Shown here piece after piece: positions 24,507 to 32,000 of a stretch of DNA of 32,000 nt. The notes under the pieces are model-generated. The model saw only the letters and a list, made by a program, of their open reading frames with translations. It did no database searches and had not been told where the DNA came from. Made by a program: the position numbers and the translations under genes. Each line of letters opens with the position of its first letter. The stretch's first letter is position 1. The stretch spans positions 3,240,001 to 3,272,000 of the forward strand of contig NC_017080.1 of the NCBI RefSeq assembly GCF_000284115.1, given 5' to 3'. This stretch comes from Phycisphaera mikurensis NBRC 102666. GTDB taxonomy: Bacteria > Planctomycetota > Phycisphaerae > Phycisphaerales > Phycisphaeraceae.

Positions 24507-25526
24507 CTACCACCGCAGCAGCTCCCCCACCACCGGCTCGACAAGGTCTTTCATCGTCACCACGCCCAGCGGGCGGTCCGCGGTCCCGACCACGGCAATC
24601 GTCCAGCGTCGCTTCTGGAAGCGCTCGATCGCGGTGTAGACCGGCATCGTCGGGTCGAGGAAGGGCACGCCGCGGCGCAGCTCCGCCAGCCTCACGTTCT
24701 CCGCCGGGTCGCTCCGGAGCACCTCGAACAGGTCGACCCAGCCGGTGACGCGGCCGTCGGCGTCCACGATCGGCAGGTGCGAGCGTGAGGTGTGGCCCGC
24801 CCGCTCGCGCAGCACCGCCACCGTGTCGCCGGGACCGGCGGTGACGACGTCCGCCCAGGGCGTGGCCTCGCCGCCGACCGTCCGGCCCTCTGCGCGGAAG
24901 ACCCGCTCCAGCAGGTCGCTCTGCTCGCCCGTGAGCACGCCCTGGCCGAGCCCCTCGCGGACCAGCGCCTGCACCTGCCGGCGCGGGTGGCGGACGGAGG
25001 CTTCCTTCCCGCCGTCGCCGCTCCCCGAGCCGGGTCCCTCGCCCACGAGGCGGAGGGCGATGCGTCCGAAGACGCTCACCAGCGGCACGCCGCCGGTGAG
25101 CGTGAACAGCCGCTCGAAGGCGTAGATCGTCCCGGACAGGCGGTACAGCAGCCGGTCTCCGTGCGCGGCGAAGAGGTCCTTGGGCAGCGTCTCCCCGAAG
25201 ACGAAGAGCATCGGCGTGACGAGCCCGACGTTGAGCAGGATCGCCCACCAGCCGGAGATCCCGCCCGCCTCCAGCAGCACCGCCAGCGCGAACGTGCCCA
25301 GGTAGTTCGCGGCGTTGTTGCCCACCAGCAGCACCGCAAGCAGCCGCGCGGGGTCCTCCACGAGCCGCCGCAGCCGCACCGCCGCGGGCACGCCGCGCGC
25401 GTCGAGCAGGTGCAGCCGGACGCGGTTGAGCGTGTACACGCCGGTCTCCACGCCCGAGAAGTAGGCGCTGCCGGCGAAGCCCAGCAGCATGAGCGGGATC
25501 CAGAACGCGAGATCGGCGGCGTTCAC
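24507..25526 (-). CDS. CNNM (DUF21) transmembrane plus CBS domain protein, CorC/HlyC-like
   Basis: GTG start; FSGVETGVYTLNRVRLHLL, LLVGNNAANYLGTFALAVLLE, FVFGETLPKDLFAAHGDRLLY; CBS-type SHLPIVDADGRVTGWVDLFEVLR and PLGVVTMKDLVEPVVGEL. Confidence 0.9.
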   Translation of the reverse strand: MNAADLAFWIPLMLLGFAGSAYFSGVETGVYTLNRVRLHLLDARGVPAAVRLRRLVEDPARLLAVLLVGNNAANYLGTFALAVLLEAGGISGWWAILLNVGLVTPMLFVFGETLPKDLFAAHGDRLLYRLSGTIYAFERLFTLTGGVPLVSVFGRIALRLVGEGPGSGSGDGGKEASVRHPRRQVQALVREGLGQGVLTGEQSDLLERVFRAEGRTVGGEATPWADVVTAGPGDTVAVLRERAGHTSRSHLPIVDADGRVTGWVDLFEVLRSDPAENVRLAELRRGVPFLDPTMPVYTAIERFQKRRWTIAVVGTADRPLGVVTMKDLVEPVVGELLRW

Positions 25527-26920
25527 GCGTGCTCCTCGGGCCGTGCCGCCGCCTCGGTTGCGCCCGCCGCGGACCGCGCGGCCCCGTCGGCTCTCTGGAC
25601 CTCGATCCGCGTGATGCGGTGCCCCTCCATCGCCTTGACCTCCAGGCGGATCGGCCCGGCCACCAGCCCGTCGCCCACGGCGGGCAGGCGGTCGAGCTCG
25701 GTCATGACCAAGCCGCCCAGCGTGGCGACGTCGCTCTCGCGGGCCAGCTCGGACTCCGGTTCGGGCAGGTCCAGGCGGTCGGGCCAGTCGATGAGCATCA
25801 GGTTCGCGTCGACCTCGTAGACGCCCTCGCGGCCCCGGACCTCCGTCACGCGCGAGAGGCCGCGGGGTTCGTAGCTGCCGGGGATGTCGCCGAAGAGGTG
25901 CTCGGCGAGGTCCTCGAGGGTGATGAGGCCCGCGGTCCCGCCGAACTCGTCCACGACGATCGAGAAGGTGCGGCCGGTCTTGCGCATCTCCACGAGCATG
26001 CGGTCGGCCCGCTGCTGCTCGGGGACGAAGTGCGTCTGCCGGACGAGCTTGCCGATGCCGCCCTCCGCGGCGGTGCCCGCCGCGGCCGGGTCGAGCCCGC
26101 CGCGGGCGAGCAGGACCTCGCGGGCGTACACCATGCCCTCGATGTGGTCGAGCCCGCCGCGGTGCACGGGGACGTGCCGCAGGCGGCGGCGCGTGACCAG
26201 ATCGAGCAGCTCGCTCACGGGCTCTTCGAGGTCGTAAGCGGCGACGTCGACACGGGGGACCATGAGGTCACGCACCCGCAGCCGCGACAGCTCGATGGCC
26301 TGCCGGAGCAGCAGCGCCTCGCCGTCGGCCAGCACGGCCTGCTCGCCGGAGGTCGACACCAGCTGATCGATCTCCTCCACGCTGAGCGTGTCGGCCTGGG
26401 GCGAGGGCGCGATCAAGCGGGCCAGCGGCGCGATCACGCCCGCCGTGGCGGCGATCCGCACCGGCGAGATCGCCCGGTGCACCAGCAGCATCGGCACCGC
26501 CACCGCCGACGACCAGCGCTCGGCCAGCCGCGCCGCGACCAGCTTGGGCAGCACCTCGCCGAGCAGGATCATGACCACCAGCGGGACCAGCGACAGCACG
26601 ACCAGCAGCCACGCCGGCAGCCCCGCCGCCTCGCCGCGGATCAGAAGGACGGAGGTGATGACGAAGAAGGTCACGTTGATCGTCATGTTGCCCAGCAGCA
26701 GCGTCACCAGCAGGCTCCGCTGCTCCCCCGCGTCCGGCCCGGCCCGCGTGCCCATGAGCGTGCCGAGCGCGCGGCCGGAAGCGCTCGCCCGCCGCGTCAT
26801 CTTCAGCCGCTGCGCCCGCGTCAGCGAGAAGAACGCGGTCTCGCCGCCGGAAAAGAACGCGCTGCCGATGAGCAGCAGCGGCAGCAGGCCCAGGAGCAGG
26901 AGCGTGGAGAGGGAGGGCAT
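25523..26920 (-). CDS. HlyC/CorC family protein (CNNM, CBS pair, transporter-associated domain)
   Basis: FFSGGETAFFSLTRAQRLKM, LLLGNMTINVTFFVITSVLL, ILLGEVLPKLVA; CBS region RVPVHRGGLDHIEGMVYAREVL; VVDEFGGTAGLITLEDLAEHLFGDIP; C-terminal LMLIDWPDRLDLP...GDGLVAGPIRLEVKAMEGHRITRIEV. Confidence 0.92.
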   Translation of the reverse strand: MPSLSTLLLLGLLPLLLIGSAFFSGGETAFFSLTRAQRLKMTRRASASGRALGTLMGTRAGPDAGEQRSLLVTLLLGNMTINVTFFVITSVLLIRGEAAGLPAWLLVVLSLVPLVVMILLGEVLPKLVAARLAERWSSAVAVPMLLVHRAISPVRIAATAGVIAPLARLIAPSPQADTLSVEEIDQLVSTSGEQAVLADGEALLLRQAIELSRLRVRDLMVPRVDVAAYDLEEPVSELLDLVTRRRLRHVPVHRGGLDHIEGMVYAREVLLARGGLDPAAAGTAAEGGIGKLVRQTHFVPEQQRADRMLVEMRKTGRTFSIVVDEFGGTAGLITLEDLAEHLFGDIPGSYEPRGLSRVTEVRGREGVYEVDANLMLIDWPDRLDLPEPESELARESDVATLGGLVMTELDRLPAVGDGLVAGPIRLEVKAMEGHRITRIEVQRADGAARSAAGATEAAARPEEHA

Positions 26921-26924
26921 GGGG

Positions 26925-27147
26925 GAGGGCCGCTGCGCGGCCGGCTTCTTCGAAGGAGACGAAGACGCGCGGCGGGAGGGCCCCGCGGCTGCGGCTTCGT
27001 GGCCGCGACGGTAGAAGCCGGGAGCGGAGTGAGGCGGAGGCCGCTGCGCGGCCGGCTTCTTTGGAAGAGACGGAGATGCGCGGCGGGAGGGTCCTGCGGC
27101 TGCCGCGCCGTGGCCGCGACGGCAGAGGCCGGGAGCGGAGCGGTCGG
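26925..27147. repeat. two-copy tandem repeat, period 111 bp
   Basis: GAGGGCCGCTGCGCGGCCGGCTTCTTCGAAGGAGACGAAGACGCGCGGCGGGAGGG... recurs as GAGGCCGCTGCGCGGCCGGCTTCTTTGGAAGAGACGGAGATGCGCGGCGGGAGGG...; CGCTGCGCGG at 26931 and 27042. Confidence 0.8.
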
Positions 27148-27148
27148 G

Positions 27149-27265
27149 GCGCAGAGACGAAGAGACGGAGACGGGCAGAAGAGCGGAGCAGACCGAAGGC
27201 CGAGCGCAGCGACGGCCCGTCTTGCCTGTCTTCGTCTCTTCGTCTCTTCGTCTCTTCGTCTCTTT
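27149..27265. repeat. dispersed intergenic repeat copy B, ending in a 4-unit CTTCGTCT array (27230-27261)
   Basis: GGCGCAGAGACGAAGAGACGGAGACGGGCAG...CCGAGCGCAGCGACGGCCCGTCTTGCCTGT then 4x CTTCGTCT; the left part is the approximate reverse complement of the right array (inverted repeat). Confidence 0.65.
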
Positions 27266-27275
27266 CCCTCCCCCC

Positions 27276-28670
27276 CTACCCCCCCGCCAGCGCCACCAAC
27301 GCCCCCGCCACCTCCCGGTCTTCCGCCTCCGCGATCACGCGCACGACCGGCTCGGTGTTGCTCGGGCGGACGTGGACCCAGCCGCGGGGCAGATCGACCC
27401 GCACGCCGTCCTGCCGATCGACCACGGCGGCGGGCTCGCCCTCGGTGACGCGACGCTCGGCCGCCCCGAGAAAGCCGGCGACGCCGCCGGGCACGCCGCC
27501 GACGGGCTGCTTGGTCTTCACCACGGCGTAGGCGGGAACGCGGGCCACCAAATCGGCGAGGCTCGCGTTCTCCCGGGCCATCCGCCGCAGCGTGGCGGCC
27601 ATGCCGACGACGCTGTCGCGGACCTGGCTCACGCGGGCGTCGATGATGCCGCCGTTGCCCTCCCCGCCGACCCTGGCGCCCTCCCGCCGCATTGCCGCCG
27701 CGACGTTGGCTTCGCCCACGGGCGAGCGGACCACGCGGCCGCCGACGGCCTCGGCCACGTGGTCGATCATCCGGCTGGTCGACAGGTTCGCCGCGACGGC
27801 GCCGCCCGGCTCCAGCAGCGCCATCGCCCCGATCACCAGGGTGTACTCCTCGCCCACGAAGCGGCCGCCGGCGTCGACGAGCGCGAGCCGGTCGGCGTCG
27901 GGGTCCAGGGCGAATCCCGCCGCCGCACCCCCCTCCCGCACCGCCTCGCAGAGCCCGGTGAGGTTCGCGGCGACCGGCTCGGGGTCGTGCGGGAAGTCGC
28001 CGGTCGGCTCGCGGTGCAGCAGCTCGGCCTCGACGCCCAGGGCCGCGAGCAGGAGCGCCGCCTCCGCGCCGCCGGCGCCCGCGACGCAGTCGACGACGAC
28101 CCGGAAGCCCGCCGCCCGCACCGCCGCCCGCTCGTTGGCGGGCACCGTCGCGAGCACCGCGTCCACGTGCCGCTGGGCGGCCCCGCCGTCCCGCACGTCC
28201 TCGCCCGCGGCGTCCGCGGCCGGCGCGGCGGCCCCGTGGAAGTCGGCGACGATCCCGGCCACCGCGTCCGGCGGCGGGGCCACGCCGTCGTGCCGCAGCG
28301 GCTTCACGCCGTTCCAAGGCGAAGGGTTGTGGCTGGCGGTCAGCACGAGCCCCCCGTCGGCCCCCGCCGCCTGGAGGGCCACCGCGACGCCGGGCGTCGA
28401 GAGGATGCCCACGCGGCGGACCCGGCAGCCCGCGGCGTGCAGCCCCCGGACCGCAGCTTCCTCGAACGCCGCCCCCGAGGGGCGCGAGTCGCGGCCTACG
28501 ACGACCAGGGGGCGGTCCGTGCCGCGTTCCCCCGCCAGCCACCGCCCCACCGCCGCCGCGTAGCGGGCGACGACGGCCTCCGTCAGCGACCCGCCGACGA
28601 TCCCCCGCATCCCGCTGACGCCGAGCATGAGCGGGGAGGGGGAGGCGTCGGCGGGGGCGTCGTGGCTCAT
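27276..28670 (-). CDS. phosphohexomutase (phosphoglucosamine/phosphomannomutase family)
   Basis: LMLGVSGMRGIVGGSLTEAVVARYAAAVGRWL; VVVGRDSRPSG; LVLTASHNPSPWNGVK (active-site Ser); FALDPDADRLALVD; VGGEGNGGII; VRPSNTEPVVRVIAEA. Confidence 0.93.
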   Translation of the reverse strand: MSHDAPADASPSPLMLGVSGMRGIVGGSLTEAVVARYAAAVGRWLAGERGTDRPLVVVGRDSRPSGAAFEEAAVRGLHAAGCRVRRVGILSTPGVAVALQAAGADGGLVLTASHNPSPWNGVKPLRHDGVAPPPDAVAGIVADFHGAAAPAADAAGEDVRDGGAAQRHVDAVLATVPANERAAVRAAGFRVVVDCVAGAGGAEAALLLAALGVEAELLHREPTGDFPHDPEPVAANLTGLCEAVREGGAAAGFALDPDADRLALVDAGGRFVGEEYTLVIGAMALLEPGGAVAANLSTSRMIDHVAEAVGGRVVRSPVGEANVAAAMRREGARVGGEGNGGIIDARVSQVRDSVVGMAATLRRMARENASLADLVARVPAYAVVKTKQPVGGVPGGVAGFLGAAERRVTEGEPAAVVDRQDGVRVDLPRGWVHVRPSNTEPVVRVIAEAEDREVAGALVALAGG

Positions 28671-28750
28671 GGCGGGTTCGGGTGGGCGGCCCGGCGGCCG
28701 CGCGGGCGAAGATAGAGCGGGACCGGGTCGCGCGACGCGGCCGCGGGGCC

Positions 28751-29458
28751 TCAGCGGCCGCCGTTTGGGAACCCGCGGAGCAGGGCCGCCGGCTCCAGCC
28801 CGCCGAGGGCGGGCTCCACGCGCTCCGCGCCGGCGGCGCGGAGCGTCGCGGCGTCGTGAGACTGGCTGAGGCCGAGGGTCCGCATGCCCGCACCGAGGGC
28901 GGAGCGGAGCCCGGCCCGGGTGTCCTCGATGGCGAGGCAGGCGGCGGGCGCGACGCCGATCCGCTCCGCGGCGAGGCGGAAGGTCTGGGGGTCGGGCTTG
29001 CTGCGGGCGACGTCGTCGGCGCTGACGATGACGTCGAAGGCGTCGGCGAGGCCGATGAGGCCGAGCATCAGCACGATGTCGGCCCGGGTCGCGCCGCTCG
29101 CGACAGCGCGGGGGATGCCCGCGGCGACGGTGCCGCGGACGAAGGCGACCGAACCCGCGAAGGCGAGGCGGTCCGCGGCGGCGGCGGCGGCCGCGAGCCG
29201 CTCGAAGCGCGGGCCCTTCTCGCGGGTCATGCGGGCGACGCGGTCGGGCTCGGCGGGCTCGCCGGCCTCGGCAAGCAGCGTCTCGAAGGCCTCGCGGTCG
29301 TCGAAGCCGATGTACGTCTCGAGGTAGCGGCCGTAGGTCAGCGTCACGCCGAGCTCGCGGGCGACCTCCTCGAAGGCGGCGAAGTGCAGGGGCTCGGAAT
29401 CGACGAGGACGCCGTCGAAGTCGAAGACGATGGCTCGGAGGTCGGCGGGGTCGGGCAT
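28751..29458 (-). CDS. HAD superfamily hydrolase (beta-phosphoglucomutase-like phosphatase)
   Basis: AIVFDFDGVLVDSEPLHF; VARSKPDPQTFRLAAERIGVAPAACLAIEDTRAGLRSALGAGMRTLGL. Confidence 0.92.
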   Translation of the reverse strand: MPDPADLRAIVFDFDGVLVDSEPLHFAAFEEVARELGVTLTYGRYLETYIGFDDREAFETLLAEAGEPAEPDRVARMTREKGPRFERLAAAAAAADRLAFAGSVAFVRGTVAAGIPRAVASGATRADIVLMLGLIGLADAFDVIVSADDVARSKPDPQTFRLAAERIGVAPAACLAIEDTRAGLRSALGAGMRTLGLSQSHDAATLRAAGAERVEPALGGLEPAALLRGFPNGGR

Positions 29459-29706
29459 GGGCCGAAGCTAGGCCGCGTCCAGAACGCCCTCGAAGCCGGA
29501 GCGGAAGCCGGAGGGTTCGCCGCCGGGGAGGCCGGAGAACCGGGGCTTGGCGCGAAGCCGCGGAAGCGTCGGGACCGCCCCCATCCCGCGCGGCGCAGGC
29601 GTCACGGCCGGGCGATGCGCTTCAGTCGGGCGTGCGGCCGGCCGATGGAGCGGGCACCTCCCGGCACGGCCGGCGGAGGCATCCCCGCAACCCGACCGAG
29701 AGAAGC

Positions 29707-30291
29707 ATGCCGTCCACCCGCACCAAAGAGATCCTGACCACCGGCGAGGTCGCGAAGATCTGCAGCGTCGCGCCCCGCACCGTCAGCAAGTGGTTCGACA
29801 ACGGCTCGCTGAAGGGCTACCGGATCCCCGGCTCCAAGGACCGGCGGATCCCGATGGCTCAGCTCGTCCGCTTCATGAAGCAGCACGAGATCCCGCTCGA
29901 CGGGCTGCAGTCGGGCAACACCCGCGTGCTGTTCGTGGACACCGCCAGCGAGTCGCTGGACGTGCTGGCGAAGGTGCTCAGCGAGCAGGCCCACTACGCG
30001 GTGGAGATCACCCACGGCGGCTTCTCCGCCGGCATCACGGCGGAGAAGTTCCGCCCCCACGTGATCCTCGTGGACCTGCACCTGGACACCATCCGCGGCG
30101 AGGACGTCGTCAAGCTGGTCCGCTCCACCGACGACCTGCAGATGAGCAAGGTCATCGCGATGAGCTCCAAGCTCACCGACGGGCAGGCGGGGGCGCTGCT
30201 CTCGCAGGGCTTCGACGGCTACCTGCGGAAGCCCTTCCACGCCCGCAGCGTCATCGAGCAGATCGAGAAGGCGACCTCCTTCGTCTACTGA
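29707..30291 (+). CDS. MerR/excisionase-type HTH domain fused to a C-terminal response-regulator receiver-like domain
   Basis: ILTTGEVAKICSVAPRTVSKWFDNGSLKGYRIPGSKDRRIPMAQLVRFMKQHEI, then TRVLFVDTASESLDVLAKVL...HVILVDLHLDTIRGEDVVKLVR...KVIAMSSKLTD...GFDGYLRKPFHARSVIEQI. Confidence 0.88.
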   Translation: MPSTRTKEILTTGEVAKICSVAPRTVSKWFDNGSLKGYRIPGSKDRRIPMAQLVRFMKQHEIPLDGLQSGNTRVLFVDTASESLDVLAKVLSEQAHYAVEITHGGFSAGITAEKFRPHVILVDLHLDTIRGEDVVKLVRSTDDLQMSKVIAMSSKLTDGQAGALLSQGFDGYLRKPFHARSVIEQIEKATSFVY

Positions 30292-30319
30292 AACGCGCCG
30301 ACCTCCGAGGCGCGAAGCG

Positions 30320-30353
30320 GAAGAGCCGGCCGGGCCCCGCCCGCCGGCTCTTC
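30320..30353. terminator. terminator-like hairpin downstream of the HTH-receiver gene
   Basis: GAAGAGCCGGC (30320-30330) / GCCGGCTCTTC (30343-30353): perfect 11-bp stem, 12-nt loop, no T-tract. Confidence 0.55.
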
Positions 30354-30416
30354 GCGTGCGCGGCGGGCCGCTGCGCCGCCGCCTTGGAGCCAGCAGCGGC
30401 CTGCTAGGTTGCGGCC

Positions 30417-32000
30417 ATGCCCAGCGGGAACGCCGAACTCCAGGCCGACACGGCCCAACGCCTCGCGGACGCGGGATCCGAGGAGGCCACGGCGGACAGC
30501 GAGTTCTACGACCCGATGCCCGCGGGCTACGTCCGCGGCCGTCACCGCTACGTGATGGTTTTCGGCACGGTGATGTCGGGGCTGGGCAAGGGCATCTTCG
30601 CCTCCTCCCTGGCGAAGCTGCTGAAAGACAAGGGCCTCACGGTCGCGCCCATCAAGCTCGAGGGGTACCTGAACCTCGACTCCGGGACGCTGTCGCCTTA
30701 CCGCCACGGCGAGGTGTTCGTGCTCGACGACGGGCTCGAGACCGACATGGACCTGGGCACGTACGAGCGGCTGCTCGACCAGGACCTCACCCGGCAGAAC
30801 TACGCGACGGCCGGCCGCATCTTCCAGGAGGTTCTCAACAAGGAGCGCGCGGGCGACTACCTCGGCCGCGACGTGCAGATGATCCCCCACGTCACCGGCA
30901 GCGTGAAGCACATGCTCCGCTCGCTCGCGGTGGAGACCGGGGCGGACGTCGTCTTCATCGAGGTCGGCGGGACCGTCGGCGACTACGAGAACGCCTTCTA
31001 CATCGAAGCCCTGCGGCAGCTGGCCTTCGAGGAGGGGCCCAGCTCGGCCTCGATGGTCGCGCTCACCTACGTGATCGAGCCGCCCGCCCTGGGCGAGCAG
31101 AAGACCAAGGCGGCTCAGCTGGGCCTCAAGAAGCTGCTCGAGGCGGGCGTTCAGCCGCACATCGTGGCGACACGCTCCGCCGAGCCGCTGACCGATCCGG
31201 CCCGCGAGAAGATCGCGATGTTCTCGGGTGTGCCCGTCGCAAACGTCTTCTCGATGCACGACCGCGAGAGCATCTACACGATCCCCGAGGACCTGCACGA
31301 GATCGGGCTCGACACCGAGGTTCTCACGAGGCTGCGGCTGCTCGACCGGGTGAGCGTGGAGAAGGAGGAAGCGGCGCGAGCAAGGTGGCAGCGCTTCGTG
31401 GGCAAGCTCAAGGGGGAGCGGCGGTTCTCGCTGAAGCTCGGCCTCACCGGCAAGTACGCCGCGCTCCGCGACGCGTACGCCTCCGTCGACAAGGCCATCG
31501 AGCACGTCGGCGCCCGCCTCTCCTGCGACATCGACGTCGACTGGCTCGACACCACCACCTTCGAACCCGACGAGGCGGCCGGCCGCCTCGCCGAGATGGA
31601 CGCGGTCATCGTCCCCGGCGGCTTCGGCCAGCGGGGCACCGAGAGCAAGATCGGCTGCGTCCGCCACTGCCGCGAGAGCGGGACGCCGTACCTGGGCATC
31701 TGCCTGGGCTTCCAGATGGCGGTCATCGAGCACGCCCGCCACGTCGCGGGCCTGCCGGGCGCCGGCTCCTCGGAGCTGAGCCCCGGCTGCGAGGACAAGG
31801 TCGTCGACATCCTCCCCGAGCAGAAGGCCATCGAGGGCCTCGGCGGCAACATGCGGCTCGGCGGGCAGTCCGTCCTCGTCCAGCCCGACACGCTCGCGGC
31901 GTTCCTGTACCGCGTCCGCGAGCAGGACGGGGGCGGCGTGAAGGGCGGCGGGCCGCACGAGCCCTTCACGGTGCGCGAGCGCTTCCGCCACCGCTACGAG
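30417..32000 (+). CDS. pyrG: CTP synthase (truncated by window end)
   Basis: Open frame from ATG 30417, absent from the ORF track because there is no stop in the window: RYVMVFGTVMSGLGKGIFASSLAKLLKDKGLTVAPIKLEGYLNLDSGTLSPYRHGEVFVLDDGLETDMDLGTYERLL...VQMIPHVTGSVK...IEVGGTVGDYE...VIVPGGFGQRGTESKIGCVRHCRESGTPYLGICLGFQMAVIEHAR. An alternative in-frame start is ATG 30516. Confidence 0.93.
   Translation, partial: MPSGNAELQADTAQRLADAGSEEATADSEFYDPMPAGYVRGRHRYVMVFGTVMSGLGKGIFASSLAKLLKDKGLTVAPIKLEGYLNLDSGTLSPYRHGEVFVLDDGLETDMDLGTYERLLDQDLTRQNYATAGRIFQEVLNKERAGDYLGRDVQMIPHVTGSVKHMLRSLAVETGADVVFIEVGGTVGDYENAFYIEALRQLAFEEGPSSASMVALTYVIEPPALGEQKTKAAQLGLKKLLEAGVQPHIVATRSAEPLTDPAREKIAMFSGVPVANVFSMHDRESIYTIPEDLHEIGLDTEVLTRLRLLDRVSVEKEEAARARWQRFVGKLKGERRFSLKLGLTGKYAALRDAYASVDKAIEHVGARLSCDIDVDWLDTTTFEPDEAAGRLAEMDAVIVPGGFGQRGTESKIGCVRHCRESGTPYLGICLGFQMAVIEHARHVAGLPGAGSSELSPGCEDKVVDILPEQKAIEGLGGNMRLGGQSVLVQPDTLAAFLYRVREQDGGGVKGGGPHEPFTVRERFRHRYE

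Noticed and set aside
25529-28893. Long ORFs 25529..27448 (+) and 26821..28893 (-)
   Set aside because: Shadow frames over the CorC/HlyC-like and phosphohexomutase genes; they run through intergenic tandem repeats and are compositionally biased.
30285-31991. 568-aa minus-strand ORF at the right edge
   Set aside because: Antisense to the CTP synthase gene, which is absent from the track only because its stop is beyond the window.

Overview
High-GC (~70%+) bacterial chromosomal window. The mix of PEP-CTERM and prepilin-type proteins, LacI and CAZyme genes, and HTH+receiver proteins looks Planctomycetes/Phycisphaerae-like (inference from content only). Most very long ORFs in the track are antisense or shadow frames typical of high GC; I chose frames by family recognition. 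Main content, left to right: (1) the 3' end of a prepilin-type protein, a GH10 endoxylanase-like protein and a GH78 alpha-L-rhamnosidase-like protein; (2) an outer-membrane beta-barrel gene whose TAG stop codon is the TA target of an apparently complete IS630-family element (6035..7280) with imperfect TIRs and a two-ORF frameshift transposase; (3) a long imperfect hairpin (~7286..7436) just outside the IS; (4) a DUF971 gene, a phosphate-selective-type porin, and phoB-phoR-phoU; (5) a PEP-CTERM gene with a near-consensus sigma70 promoter; (6) a minus-strand cluster (pseudopilin-like protein, heparinase II/III-like protein, large uncharacterised secreted protein, candidate 61-aa membrane micro-ORF) opposite a divergent LacI regulator; (7) a SpoIIE/RsbU-type phosphatase, then a convergent intergenic region with two copies of a 76-bp nested palindrome; (8) a possible PD-(D/E)XK orphan, two coupled CNNM/CBS proteins, a phosphohexomutase, a HAD phosphatase, an HTH-receiver protein with a degenerate acidic pair, and a divergent CTP synthase running off the end. 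Several dispersed or tandem repeats, including 8-bp arrays, lie in the 24.3-27.3 kb intergenic regions. No CRISPR, tRNA or rRNA was recognised. No convincing new defence or mobile system was found; the best leads are the repeats and hairpins, the IS/stop-codon junction, and the LacI-linked operon with its coupled micro-ORF.
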